64,000 nt of DNA from contig JANHCV010000006.1 of assembly GCA_025594325.1 (NCBI GenBank), positions 1,674,001 through 1,738,000 of the forward strand, given 5' to 3'. Numbering within the stretch: position 1 is the first letter of the stretch; every line of letters begins with the position of its first letter. The notes below the pieces were generated by a model, which had not been told where the DNA came from, did not search any database, and saw nothing but the letters and a program-made list of their open reading frames with translations. Shown piece by piece: positions 1 to 11,904 of the stretch. The translations under genes and the position numbers were made by a program. The stretch is from Blastocladiella emersonii ATCC 22665 (taxonomy: Eukaryota; Fungi; Blastocladiomycota).

Positions 1-61
1 CCGTACGCTCACCGGGATAGCGGACTGACGTTGAGACTGACCCTCCCTCACAACCGTTCAG

Positions 62-482
62 GTACCACCGCAACGCCTTTATCCTGAGCCAGGCCGCGCA
101 CGCGTGGCACGCTGCTCTCTCCAACGACGTCGACGACTCGCCCGTGAAGCCGCTGCTCGACCTCTACTTCTCCTCGATCGACGAGCTCGGCAGCCGCACC
201 GACGCCGTCAGCGAGCTCGAGTACCGCGCGCGCCTGGTTGGGATCCTGCGCGAGCGGCTCCCCGCGCTCGCCGACCGCATCCCGGTCGACCAGTTCAAGG
301 CCGCGCTCGCGCCGCAGTCGCCCGCCGACACGGCGGCGCGCCGCCACTTCAAGCACGCGGCGTACCACGGCGTCACGGGCACGCCGCAGGTCCTCGTCAA
401 CGGCGTGCTCGACCCGCGCGCCGACGAGATCGAGTCGGTGAGCGCGTGGCGCGCGTACCTCGACGGGCTCGGCGGTCGGTAG
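62..482 (+). CDS. Thioredoxin-like/DsbA-fold protein, last exon only (5' part is outside the window)
   Basis: An intron ends at 61 (ctgac branch site, cag acceptor). The exon reads YHRNAFILSQAAHAW... and continues into ORF 144..482, which carries the DsbA-like GTPQVLVNG cis-Pro motif. Confidence 0.65.
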
Positions 483-640
483 TCGCTGAGAGTGATAAAT
501 ACGAGTCCCCGCGAGCAGAGGTTTTTGTGTGACTGCCCACTTGAGCGAACGTGAGGGTGAACGTGATCGGCCATCGCCGCGGTGCCGTCGGGGTCCAAAA
601 GCGCGGAAATGTCTCGCGGGCCGCGCCACGTGATGGGCGG

Positions 641-653
641 GAGACGCGTCGCG
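641..653 (+). promoter_or_regulatory. Recurrent intergenic motif GAGACGCGTCGCG (first of at least 5 exact copies)
   Basis: Exact copies at 641, 939 and 17210, and on the reverse strand at 35006 and 59641, all in non-coding upstream regions. Confidence 0.5.
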
Positions 654-1233
654 CTGCGATGCCGGCGCGCGCGCTCGGCCTCCATCGCCGCCGACAGTGG
701 CACCTGCGCGAGGTCAGGACGACGAAGCGCCGCGCATCCCCCACCGCGCCGCGCCTCACACACATAGCCCGTGCGTGCGTCCGTGCCCACTCCGAGCGAG
801 CACTGCACACGCGCCTCCGCCCGCCCCGCTCGCGACCCGCGCCACCGCAGCGACCGCGACCGAGTGCCTGCCAGGGGTGGTGGTGCTACGAGCTGTTGCG
901 TCGGCCTGCTGCTGCCGTGTCATTCCGCCGCGAGCGTAGAGACGCGTCGCGCCACATTTTGTTCCGAAGCGCACGCGTCTCGCCGCGCCGCGCCCTTTCC
1001 GACCCGACCCCCCGCGCACTCGACCCCCAGCTCGGGCACACATGAATCAATGAAACGCAACTCGAGGCAACCGCACGGCCGAGCGCGTTCCACCACTCTC
1101 CCGCGACCTCTGACTCGAGCCGTCCGTATCGCGCCGCCGTCGGCCCCCGCACGAGTTGCGATCCTCACGCCCTTCCCCGCGCGCCCGTCTAGTACTCCTG
1201 CCCACATACTCACGCACTGAGCCCGCCGACGCC

Positions 1234-4200
1234 ATGGACTCCATCACCGAGGCGCCCACCGCGCCGGGATCGCCTCCGTCCCTGCCACCCGCGGATCCCC
1301 CACCCGCCACCACGTCTGCCGACCCTCCGCTCGCCGACTCGTTCCACGGAGACCAGCTCTCCTCGTCCGCGCCCGCCGCCTCCTCATCCACACCCGCGGC
1401 TGACCACCCGTCTGCCGGGTCGCTGACGGGTACGGGCACCAGCACCCCGCCGCGGTCCTCGCGCGACTCGCACCCGTCGAGCCGCACGGGCGCCGGCCCG
1501 CTTGGCGCGTCCACCACCACCCACTCGCTCCCGACCGGCAGCGCGTCGCCGTCCAGCAGCATCGGGCGCGGGAGCGGGAGCGCCGGGCGCGCGCTATCCA
1601 CGTCGTCGTCGACGTCGTCGTCGACGTCGTCGAGCCACGAGGCCGGGGCCGCCGCCGCGACTTCGGGTCCCGCGAGCCACCACGCGTCGAGCTCACCGCG
1701 CGCAATACGCAGCGCGGCCGTGACCACGACCAACGGCGACGAGCCCGACGCGCCCAGCGCCGGCGCCGCGTCGGGCGGCGAAACCCCGATCCAGCCCGCA
1801 ACCTCGACGGGCAAAGTGTTTGCGCCCGTCAAGACGATGCGCAGCCGGCGCATCTCGGAGCCGAACCGGCCCAGCAGCACCGCGCGCAGCTCGACGGTCC
1901 AAGGTGGCGGCGGGAGCACGTTCGGGTCGCCGCCGCCGCTCACGCCCATCGCCAGCACGCTCGACCGCCGCAAACATATCCACGGGTCCAATACCTCGCA
2001 CACGGGCGGTTTCGGGATCCACATGCACTCGCCCAGCGTGCCGTCGGGTCTCTCGCGCGTCCTGTACGACGGCGACGACGCGGTGGCGGGAGGAGCGTCG
2101 GGGAAGGGCGCCGGGGTGCCCGACGGCGCAAGGACACCGCCTGAGCCTGCCGCACCGCAGCCGAAAGCGGCGGCACCGAGTCCGGCGCCTGCGCCATCCA
2201 CGACCACGACGACAACGCCGGGCGGCGTCCGCGTCCCGCTATCCTCGGGCTCCGAGTCGTCCGGGTCCAACCTCCCGCGGTCCGACTCGCCGCGCGACTT
2301 TGACGCGCTGTTCAAGTCGCGCGACCTGCTTCCCCAACCGGGTTCCGACACCTCCGGCGCCAAGGACGACGAGGACCCCGGCGAGCGGCCATCGACGCGC
2401 GTCATCACCAAGCTGCTGGCGCTGTCCAAGAAGGCGCGGCGGTCGCGCGCGGGCTCAAAGTCGTCGCTCGACCAGGGCAACGGCCAGGGCACGCCCAACA
2501 GCGACGAGTCGCGGTCCACGTCCAACACCATGAAGCGGCCGACGTCCGCGCCGACCAAGACGCGCCAGCGCCGCGCGTCGTCCATCATCTCGGGGATCAT
2601 GGCGCCGATCGCCGCGGGCGGCGGCATCGGCACCGCCGGCGGGAACGGCGAGGAGTCAAGCGGCCAGCTCAGCGGCGACGGCAACGTGACGCGGTCGCGG
2701 TCGCGCACCAGCAGCATCGTGTCGTCGGCGGACGACGCGGGGCGGCGCGGGTCGCGGTCGAACGCCTCCACGACGGCGACCGGGACCCTCGTCGGCCGCA
2801 TCACGCTCGACCGCGAGGCGTCTATCGGCATGACGCCCGAGCGCGCCGCCGAGGCCGAGGCGATCCGCGAGCTCCTGCGCATCCCCGAGGCCGACATGGG
2901 GTCCAACCCGGACCTGCACGGCCGCGACGGCGGCGGCGGCGCGTCTGGCGCGAATATCTCCGTCAACCAGATCAACGGCGTCGTCAGCAACCTGTTCGGC
3001 GCGCGCCGCGCGCTCGACGACCCCGCGCTACGCAGCCTCCGCAACGCCCGACGGCGCGCTATGGGGAACAACGGGCCGGGCGGCGCGGCCGGGTCCGGGT
3101 TCGACATGTCATCGCCAAGCGGGAACGCCGTGTACGCGCCGGGTCCGCCGAGCGCGACCGCTGCAGCGGGCTCGCCGGTCCGCAGCCCGCCCATGAGCGG
3201 TATCGGCGGCGAGTTCACCGACTCGATGGGCGGCGGCGGCGGCGGTGGCGGCGGCGTGGACTCGTTCTCGAGCTCGGCGCACGCGAGCGGCCCGCTGCCG
3301 TACGACGCGACCAGTCGGACCGGCCCGCTCCCGTCAGCGCTGACTGCGAGCAGCAGCGGGACGGGGTCGGGCAACTCGCACGGTGCGGCGACGGCCGCGT
3401 GGCACCACCTGCGCGGGACGCCGACGGAGGCGTCGACGCACTCGCTGCCGTCGCGCGCCGCCATGGCGAGTAACTGGATCAAGTCAAACGCGGACCTCAA
3501 GGGCCACGGGTCCGGCACCATCGCGGTTTCGGGGACCGGGCGCACGGGCGGGGCCAGCTCGCCCGGCGGCGCGGCCAGCGTCGAGTCGTCGGCGCTCGCC
3601 GGGTCCGGCGGGATCCCGCCGCGGTACGGGTCCGGCCCGCGCGAGCGCGCGCTCACGTCCGTCATCGCCAAGCTCAAGAGCGGCGCGGCGGCCGCCAAGG
3701 AGCGCGGGTCCGCGTCGTCGCTCGCGCGCCAGTCGTCGGCGGGCGGGTCCGGGTCGATTTCGTCCAAGTCGAACGGTACGCGTCCCGCCACTCTTGCAAC
3801 GCGGCGAGTGAGAGAAATCTCACACCCGCGCACTGTAGCCCCGTCGATCCAGCAACTCGCGCACCCGCGACTGCCGACATGCACGACCGAGCCCGTTTCC
3901 GCGGATACCGCGGGCGGCGACGGCCTAGTCCAGTCGCCGTCGCTGCTCGCGACGCTCATCGACCCAGCGCTGCGGCGCAAATCGTCGTCGGCGTCGGCGG
4001 GCACCGTGCCGATCCACGGTTCGGCCGCGCTGCTCAACGCGTCGAGCGCCATGAGCGGGTCCGCGTCGGGGCTCCCGAAACCGATCATGCCGCACGCGCA
4101 GGGGAGCGCCGGCGGCGGGAGCAGCGCGGGCGGCGACGAGCCGCTGGTGCCGTCGATCCCGTCGCTGTTCGGGATCGATAACCCGACCATCAAGCTGCAG

Positions 4201-7200
4201 AGCCCCGACTCGGAGGATCCGGGCCACGGACACGGGATGGGCGGCGGGAGCAGCGGGGCCATGGGCGGCGGGCACGCGGGCGGCGGCGTTGGTGGTAGTG
4301 GTGGGGCACACGGCGCGCTCGGGCATGGAGGCGGCGGCAAGGCGGGTCTGCCGACGCACCGGTCGCAGGCGGCGTCGACGTACACGCTGACTCTGCCGTC
4401 GCTGCTGACGAGCAACCCGTTCAAGGCGCTGCGACTGTCGCCGGACCTCGAGGAGCTCTACCACATCTACTACTACCACCAGAACAAGGCCATCTTCCAG
4501 TCGCTCACGTTCCAGGTGATTGCGCTGTACGTCATGTACCTCGGGTGGAACCTGTTCCAGTACGCGCAGTTCTCGATGCTCATGGTGTGGGGCCCCGCGC
4601 TCGGCCTGCTCGTGACGCTGCTGGCGGGCGCGTGGCTGCACTTTGGGCAGGACGAGAGCGACCTCGTCTTCGCCAACGTGATCGTCGGCGTGTCGCTCGG
4701 CAGCGTGCTGCTGTCCAACAACCTGCTGCGCGATACGTGCTTCTTCACGTCGCCGTACTGGGACAACGTGATGCACCTCAACCAGCCGCTGTTCTGCGGG
4801 TTCATCTACTGGATGCTGCGCGCGCCGCTGCAGCACCGGTGCGCGATCGGCTGGGGGTTCACGGTGCTGCAGATCACCATCGACGTGACGGGCAGCTGCC
4901 ACCCGGCGGTCCTCGGCGCCAGCGCCATCGTGTACGTGGTCGTCAACATCATCGGCATGTTCTTCGCCTTCTTCTCCGAGGTCGCCAACCGCAACGCCTT
5001 CCTGCGCACCCGCGAGGTGTACAAGCACCAGGGCAAGCTGCACCTCGCCAAGGAGCAGTCCGAGGCGCTCCTGCGCATGGTGCTCCCCGCGCGCGTCATC
5101 GAGGACCTCAAGCGCGGCGTCGAGGGCGCCGGCTACCTCAGCGGACGCAGCACGTTCCAGGAGCTGCACAACGTGACGATCCTGTTCGCGGATATCGTCG
5201 GGTTCACCGAGTTCTCGTCTCGCGTCAGCGCGACCAAGCTCGTGCTCGTGCTCAGCGACATGTTCGCCGAGATCGACAACGTGTGCGAGTCGCTCGGCCT
5301 CGAGAAGATCAAGACGATCGGCGACTGCTACCAGTGCTGCGGCGGGGTGCCCGAGCCGGTCGCCGACGACGCCGAGGCGGCCGTCTGGGCCGAGCGCATG
5401 TGCATGCTGGGCGTCGAGATCATCCAGGGCGTCGCCAAGACGGCGCGCCGCATCAAGTACCCGCTGCGCGTGCGCGTCGGCATCCACACGGGGTCCGTTA
5501 TGGCCGGGATCATGGGCATCCACAAGCTCAAGTACGACGTGTGGTCCAAGGACGTCGACATCGCCTCGCAGATGGAGCAGTCGGCCACCGCCGATATCCC
5601 ACACCTCTCGGCCCCGACCCACGCCCTGCTCGTCGGCAACGCGTGTGATAACGGCATGACGTTCGCCCCCGCGCCCGACGTCGTGTACGAGGACCCCGAG
5701 CCCATCAAGACCTTCAACCTCGCGCGATACGTCTTCTCCAAGGTCGTCGACGGTAACTTTGTCACCATCACCCACCCGATGCCCGAGGCGCCGCGGTCCG
5801 CGACGGTGGCCATCGCGTCGGCCAAGATCGGCGGCGGCGAGCCCGTGGCGAGCCCCAAGAGCAGCGTGCCCAAGCTGCCCGCTGCTGCTGCTCCTGAGCA
5901 GGCCAAGAGTGAGCCATCGGCGACGGCGGCTCCCGCGACGAGCGACGCTGCAGCACCCGCGACTTCGACGACAACCGACGGTGCTCCCGCAGCAGCTCCC
6001 GCCGACCCCGCTGCCGCGACCACGACCACGACGGCCACGACGACGGCGAGTCCCGCGCCCGCCCGTGCGTCGGCGCCCATCGTCCCGCCAATATCCACGT
6101 CGCCGGCGCCCGTCGTGTTCCCGATCCCCGGTCCGGGCGAGGACCCGGGCACCGAGCTGACACCGAGCAACAAGCCGATCGCGGCGTTCCTGTCGGTGGC
6201 GAACGCGGACGCGCTGCTGCTCGACGACGCGCGCGCGCTGCGCGAGTCGGTGCAGGCGCAGCGCAAGCTGTTCCTCGACTTTGAGCGGCAGCTGCACTGG
6301 TTCTTTGGCACGTTCCGCGACCGCAAGCTCGAGGAGGAGTACAAGAACGACTACATGGAGCACCACGGCATGGACCTCATGTACGCCATGGCGCTGATGG
6401 TGGTCGTTAAGGTCATGTTCATCGCGGTGGCCGTGTTGGTGCTGGACGTGCCGGGCGCCGGGTACGCGGGCGACGTGAGCGCGGCAGTCATCACGGCTGG
6501 CGTCGTGGGCGTGGCGTCGGTGCGGTACCGGCAGTGCGCGGCGACCGAGGTCAAGGCCAACGACAAGAACGTGTCGGGCCTGTGGATCGGGTCGGAGCGC
6601 GACCTCGGGTCGACCGACTCGCTGACCAAGTTCACGCGGTGGCACCAGTGGCGGCCCAACACGCTCAGCCTGGTTGCGCTCGTGCTGTCGTTTGTCGGCG
6701 ACATTGTGCGGGTCCAGTTTGCGCGCACCGTGTACCCGTCGTACCAGCACGCAAGCGTGCTGATGCTGCAGTTCTCGACCACGCTGTTCGTCGGCCTGCG
6801 CACGCGCCAGCTGTCGCTGCTCGCCTTCTCGTGGATCCCGCTGTACGCGGTGCTGTACTTCGTCGGGATTTCGGCGACGCAGGGCGTCGAGCCGGCCATC
6901 ACGTCCGACATCTCGCAGCCCGCGCTCATGTTCATCATCACGATGCTCATGGTGTACACGACCAACCACGCCATGGACCTGCAGTTCCGGCGCAACTTCC
7001 AGATGAAGCGGTTCCTCGAGGGCAAGCTCAACGAGATCCGCATCGTGCAGAAGGACACGGAGCGGCTGCTGCTCAACATCTTCCCCCTGGACGTGGCGCA
7101 GCGGCTGCGCGTCAACCCGACGCTGCGCATCGCCGACGGGCTCGAGGACGTGTCGGTCATCTTCGGGTACATATCCAACTTCGACTCGCTCGACCTCCCG

Positions 7201-7942
7201 CCGGCGCTCGCCCTCAAGCTGCTCAACGAGATCATCTGCGACATTGACGAGCTGTGCCTGCGGCACCACGTCGAGAAGATCAAGACGATCGGGACCAAGT
7301 ACCTGGCGCTGACGAAAGACGACGTGGCGGGGACGTCGGTCCCGCACGCGGTGCGCATGGCTGAGTTCGCGCTCAACCTGCGCCAGGTCATCTCGTCGTA
7401 CAACGACCAGTTCTTCTCGCACATGTACTGCAACAACTTCATGGTGCGCATCGGGATCAACTGCGGGCCCGTCGTCGCGGGCGTGATCGGGACGTCTAAG
7501 TACTCGTTTGGTGCGCTCTTTCCTCGCCGTGGAACACTGGTGGCCCAGACACTGACCCGAGAACGCATGAACAGACGTGTGGGGCGATGCCGTCAACGTG
7601 TCCTCGCGCATGGAGTCGAACGGCATGGACAACATGATCCACGTGTCGCAGTCGACGTACGACCACCTGCACCCGCAGTACGAGTTCCAGTCGCGCGGCC
7701 AGGTCGCCATCAAGGGCAAGGGCATGATGTCGACCTACTTTTTGCTCGGCCGCCGCAAGCACGCGCAACCGCAGCATTACGGCGGTGGGGGAAGCGGCGG
7801 ATCGGGCACGGTGCCACCACCCGCGACGATCCACAAGACCGTGTCGACGGGCGCCGACGACGGCGGACCTCCGCCAGAACCAGTTTTGGCGGGAGCGGCA
7901 GCAGCAAGGGGAAGCGAAGCGGTGGCCACGGCGACTACGTAG
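1234..7942 (+). CDS. Class III transmembrane adenylyl cyclase with M1-C1-M2-C2 architecture (12 TM) and a low-complexity N-terminus of about 1050 aa
   Basis: ATG at 1234 in gccATGG context. C1 motifs: VTILFADIVGF, EKIKTIGDCY, RVGIHTG, KYDVWSKDVDIASQME. C2 motifs: EKIKTIGTKY, RIGINCGPVVAGVIG, and FDVWGDAVNVSSRMES, which is assembled only after removing intron 7511..7574. Two blocks of about 6 hydrophobic segments. Probable in-frame intron at 3776..3838. Confidence 0.92.
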
Positions 7943-8476
7943 TTGGGCACGACAATAGAGAAATTTTGATCTCCCACGCGGCCGCGAGCGGGCGCGGGAC
8001 ACGCGAGACACGCACGCGTCGCGATATCATGTGAGACGTGGGTGACTCGATGCAGGGAGGTGGGTGACCATCCGGGCCGGGCGACTACCTGGCTGGATGG
8101 GCGATTAATTTAAGGGGACGCGTAACCACGTGGCTCAGCAGCAGCGTCCAGTGACGCGTGGAGACGCGCAGCGGGAGGCAACCGCGCCGCGGCGGCTGCA
8201 CGCTGTGCTGTGCGGACAGCGAGCGAGAGAAGGCGCGTCGCAGCGACCACCACCGCGCGCCGCGCCGCTGCCCTGCCCTGCCCCGCCTCGCCCCCGACGC
8301 GCCGTGATCAGCGCGTCCAGCACTTGGAGCTTGCTGCAACGAGCCCGCGCTGCTCCGACTCGACGCACTCGCATCCACGCAACGTAACAACGCACCACAC
8401 CACACGCGCGCGACTCGCACCTCCCGCGCTCGTGTCCCGCTCATCCATCACTCTCGACTCCACCCCACCACCAACC

Positions 8477-10068
8477 ATGGCCGACAACGACGCGTCGACG
8501 GCGGCGACGCAGGCGGCCGCGAGCGACCCGGACGCGGCCAACGTGGTGCCGGCGGCGCACAAGTCGCAGTTCATGCAGTTCATCAAGACGCTGGCGTCGT
8601 TCACGGGCGACCTGTCGCAGCTGACGTGTCCGGCGTTCCTGCTGTCGGGCGTGTCGCTGCTCGAGTACAGCGCGCACTGGGCCGACCACCCGGAGCTGTT
8701 CGCGGCGATTGCGACCCACGGCGACCCGGCCGAGCGCATGGTCGCGGTCGCGCGCTGGTTCATCTCGACGCTGTACGGGTCGTTCCACTCGCGGTGCAAG
8801 ACGGGCACCGAGAAGAAGCCCTTCAACCCGGTCCTCGGCGAGCTCTTCTACTGCCACTGGCCCGCCCAGGGCGCCAGCGAGACCGCCGCCGCGTACCCGC
8901 GCACCGCCATGATCTGCGAGCAGGTCTCGCACCACCCGCCCGTCGGCGCCTTCTACATCGACAACGACAACAAGAACATTTTCCTCAACGGCCACTGTAC
9001 GCGCTTTCTCGTTTGCGGGACGTGTCTCGCGCGCATCTCACTGACCCCCGCGCGTCCGACTCGCTCGTAGGCGGCCAGAAGACCAAGTTCAAGACGGCGA
9101 GCATCAAGGTCGAGCAGACGGGCCGCGCCGTGCTGACCGTGTACCCGCCGGGCACCACGTCGGCGACGCCGGGCGCCGTGCCCGACGAGTACTTCATCAC
9201 GCTGCCCGAGATGACCCTGCGCGGCCTGCTGACGGGGCAGCTGTTTGTCGAGCTGCAGGGCAAGTCGTCCATCACGTCGTCGTCGGGCTTCCAGGCCACC
9301 TTCGAGTACCTGCCCAAGCCGTGGTTCGGCGGCGAGTACCACTGCGTCAAGGGCACCATTGCGCGGCTCGACCTCGACGCGTTCGCCTCGTCGAGCTCGG
9401 GCGACTCGCCCAAGGCCGCCAAAAAGTCGGGGAGCAAGAAGAACAAGGAGGAAAAGGACAAGAAGAAGCTCGCGGCGCTCGTCGCCGCGGCCGCCGCGTC
9501 GACCACGGGCTCGGCGACCCCGCTGTACTCGATCCAGGGCAAGTGGACCACGCAGTGCACCGTGACGCGGTACGCCGACGACGAGACCGAGGTGCTGTTC
9601 GACGCCGACGACCACCCGATGGTCGCCCCGCACGTCAAGCCGCTCGACCAGCAGACCGACCTCGAGTCGCGCAAGCTGTGGGGCAAGGTCGCCGCCTCGC
9701 TGACCGCCGGCGACTACTCGGCCGCCACCGCGGGCAAGTCCGCCATCGAGGACGCCCAGCGCGCGCTCCGCAAGCAGCGCGCCGAGGCCGGCGACCAGTG
9801 GGCGCCACGCCATTTCGTGTTCGTCAGCGACGCCGCCGCCGACGCGTCGTCGTCGGGCTCGGGCTCGGGCGGGTCCGCGCCCGTGTCCCCCGATACCGCG
9901 TCCGTCCACAGCGCACGCTCCGGCGACCTCTCGGCCAGCCGCTCGTCGCTCCGCAGCCTCGGCGCCGCGGCCGCCGCCGGCGGGAACACTGAGAGTCTCA
10001 TGGACGACGGCCTGTGGACGTTCGTCGAGCTCGCGGCCGCGGCCAACGCGTCGACGGCGTCGAGCTGA
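8477..10068 (+). CDS. KES1: Oxysterol-binding protein, Kes1/Osh4 type
   Basis: Motifs GDLSQLTCPAFLL, KKPFNPVLGELF and the OSBP signature EQVSHHPP. Removing intron 8997..9070 joins NGHC to GQKTKF. ESRKLW..V and K..IEDAQR occur near the C-terminus. Confidence 0.9.
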
Positions 10069-10240
10069 GCGCGTGTCGAACGATGGCGACGCGTGTACGT
10101 GCGCGCTCGGGCGCGCGAGAGAGCAGGAGGAGCACCGGAGATGTCTGTCGTTGGTTGACTTGTCCTAGTCTAAGCGGTAATAAGAGATTCAAATCATTGT
10201 TCAAGAGCACGAGCGCGCGCGAGTGGAGAAAGGATATCAG

Positions 10241-11527
10241 TCAGACCTGGGCCAAGGGAACCGACCGGCTGGTTGCAGCGCCGCCGCTTCCGACCGACAT
10301 GGACTTGGTCATCGACACGGTGCCCACGACATTTACCGAGACGTTCGTGCTCGCCGACGCCGCGGTAGGCGGGTCGGACCCCGAACTCGTCGCCGACATG
10401 CCGTCGGTCGGGTTGCCCGCGGGCCCAACGAGGTGCGGCCGGCGCACGCCCACGAACAGCAGGTTGCCGAAGATGACCATCAGCGACATGCGCGAAAGCG
10501 CCGTGGCCATGCGCATCGTGACGAGCCCGAACGCCCACATCACGCGCAGCGTCACGTTCAGGATCGTGCACGTCATGGAGAACAGGAGCACGACCATCTT
10601 GGTCTTGTCGAACGCGACCGAGGCGGAAGCTTGTACGATCGACGTCCGGCGGCGCGGTTTCGCCTTGCCCGTCCGCGGCGAGCCTAGCACGCTGAAACGG
10701 CGCCGCGTGTTGAGTTTGTTGGTCGGATCGGGCTGGGCCGCTGGAGTTGTGGTGAGCAGCGGCGTCGGCGAGTTGGGCGTGAGCAGGGCCGACGACTGCC
10801 CGGCGGCCGATGCGCTGGACGGCGAGATGGTGGACCCGCTCGCGAGGGACCCGCCTGCGGTCGCCGTCGCGCTGCCGCTGCTCGAGGTGCGGACGACGGA
10901 CCCCGTGGCCGATGGCGTGTTCGTCAGCACCATGGTCTTGGCCTGGCCGTCCTTGATGGCCTCCATGCGGCGCACGTTCTCGAGCACGATCATCATGATG
11001 GTCACGTCGGACCACAGCATGAACCCGTCGGTGATGACCTCGAACGGCAGCCGCGTCATGAGCCAGACGTAGACGAGCGGGTGCTTGAAGAACGTGTACC
11101 CGCCCATGAGCGACTGGACGGCCATGGTCGCGATCATCGGGTACAGCGACGCGAGGAGCAGGCCGCACGCGACGCGCGGGCCGTACTTGCGGACCGCCGG
11201 GTACCGCTGGCTCAGGTTGCGCGCGACGGGGACCACGTTCATGAACCGCTCGGTCGAAAAGCCGAGGACGAGCCCGTACGCGGTGGTCACCACGGTGAAG
11301 GTGCCCAGCAGCTGGAACAGGTTCGACGCGAGCGCGCCCGCCGGCGACGTGTTGGGCGCCGTGAACGGGTCCACGACCTGCGTGTATAGGCTGTTGAGCG
11401 TGATGCCGACGGCGCACGTCCAGCTCGAGACCGGGTATTTTTCCCACAGCTTGAAGTGCGAGCGGAAGGTCACCAGCAGAATCGTCAAGGCCATGGTCCC
11501 GCCATCGAGGAAGTCTTCGAGTGCCAT
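10241..11527 (-). CDS. 7-TM GPCR-like membrane protein (intronless)
   Basis: Seven hydrophobic segments. STERF follows the third segment, at the DRY-like position. A long Ser/Thr/Ala- and Arg/Lys-rich loop lies between segments 5 and 6, and the C-tail is Ser/Thr-rich. The start is uncertain (ORF extends to 11602). Confidence 0.6.
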   Translation of the reverse strand: MALEDFLDGGTMALTILLVTFRSHFKLWEKYPVSSWTCAVGITLNSLYTQVVDPFTAPNTSPAGALASNLFQLLGTFTVVTTAYGLVLGFSTERFMNVVPVARNLSQRYPAVRKYGPRVACGLLLASLYPMIATMAVQSLMGGYTFFKHPLVYVWLMTRLPFEVITDGFMLWSDVTIMMIVLENVRRMEAIKDGQAKTMVLTNTPSATGSVVRTSSSGSATATAGGSLASGSTISPSSASAAGQSSALLTPNSPTPLLTTTPAAQPDPTNKLNTRRRFSVLGSPRTGKAKPRRRTSIVQASASVAFDKTKMVVLLFSMTCTILNVTLRVMWAFGLVTMRMATALSRMSLMVIFGNLLFVGVRRPHLVGPAGNPTDGMSATSSGSDPPTAASASTNVSVNVVGTVSMTKSMSVGSGGAATSRSVPLAQV

Positions 11528-11904
11528 GGTCGCTGTTTCCGTGGTCCGTTCGTATCGAGATCCGTAAATGAAGAGAGCGTAGCCTCGATTCCTGAGCCAC
11601 ATCGCCGCAGTTCACTCGCGCAGCGAATGCAGCTGGGACGGGCAGGCCTGTCCCCCGTGCTCAGCCTGATGACGATCTCCCAACCCTGTCAAGCAGGGAT
11701 TGGGAACAAGGTGTTTGCACCGCTCAAGCTGGTGATAGGGTGGGAGAGAAGGAGTCTGCGTCGGGGAGACACTTTTTCCGCCCCGCACGCGATGCTCACG
11801 GCCGCGTGACCGCGTTGCCACGCTGCATCACTCGAAACGTGGCGCTCGCCGGCCAACTCGCCTCGACGACTCTCGCGACGATCCCGTCACCTTGGACTGC
11901 CCGC

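Noticed and set aside
1047-7725. Very long minus-strand ORFs (1047..4424 and 3925..7725)
   Set aside because: These are antisense or alternate-frame shadows of the GC3-rich cyclase gene. High GC suppresses stop codons, and the translations show no motifs.
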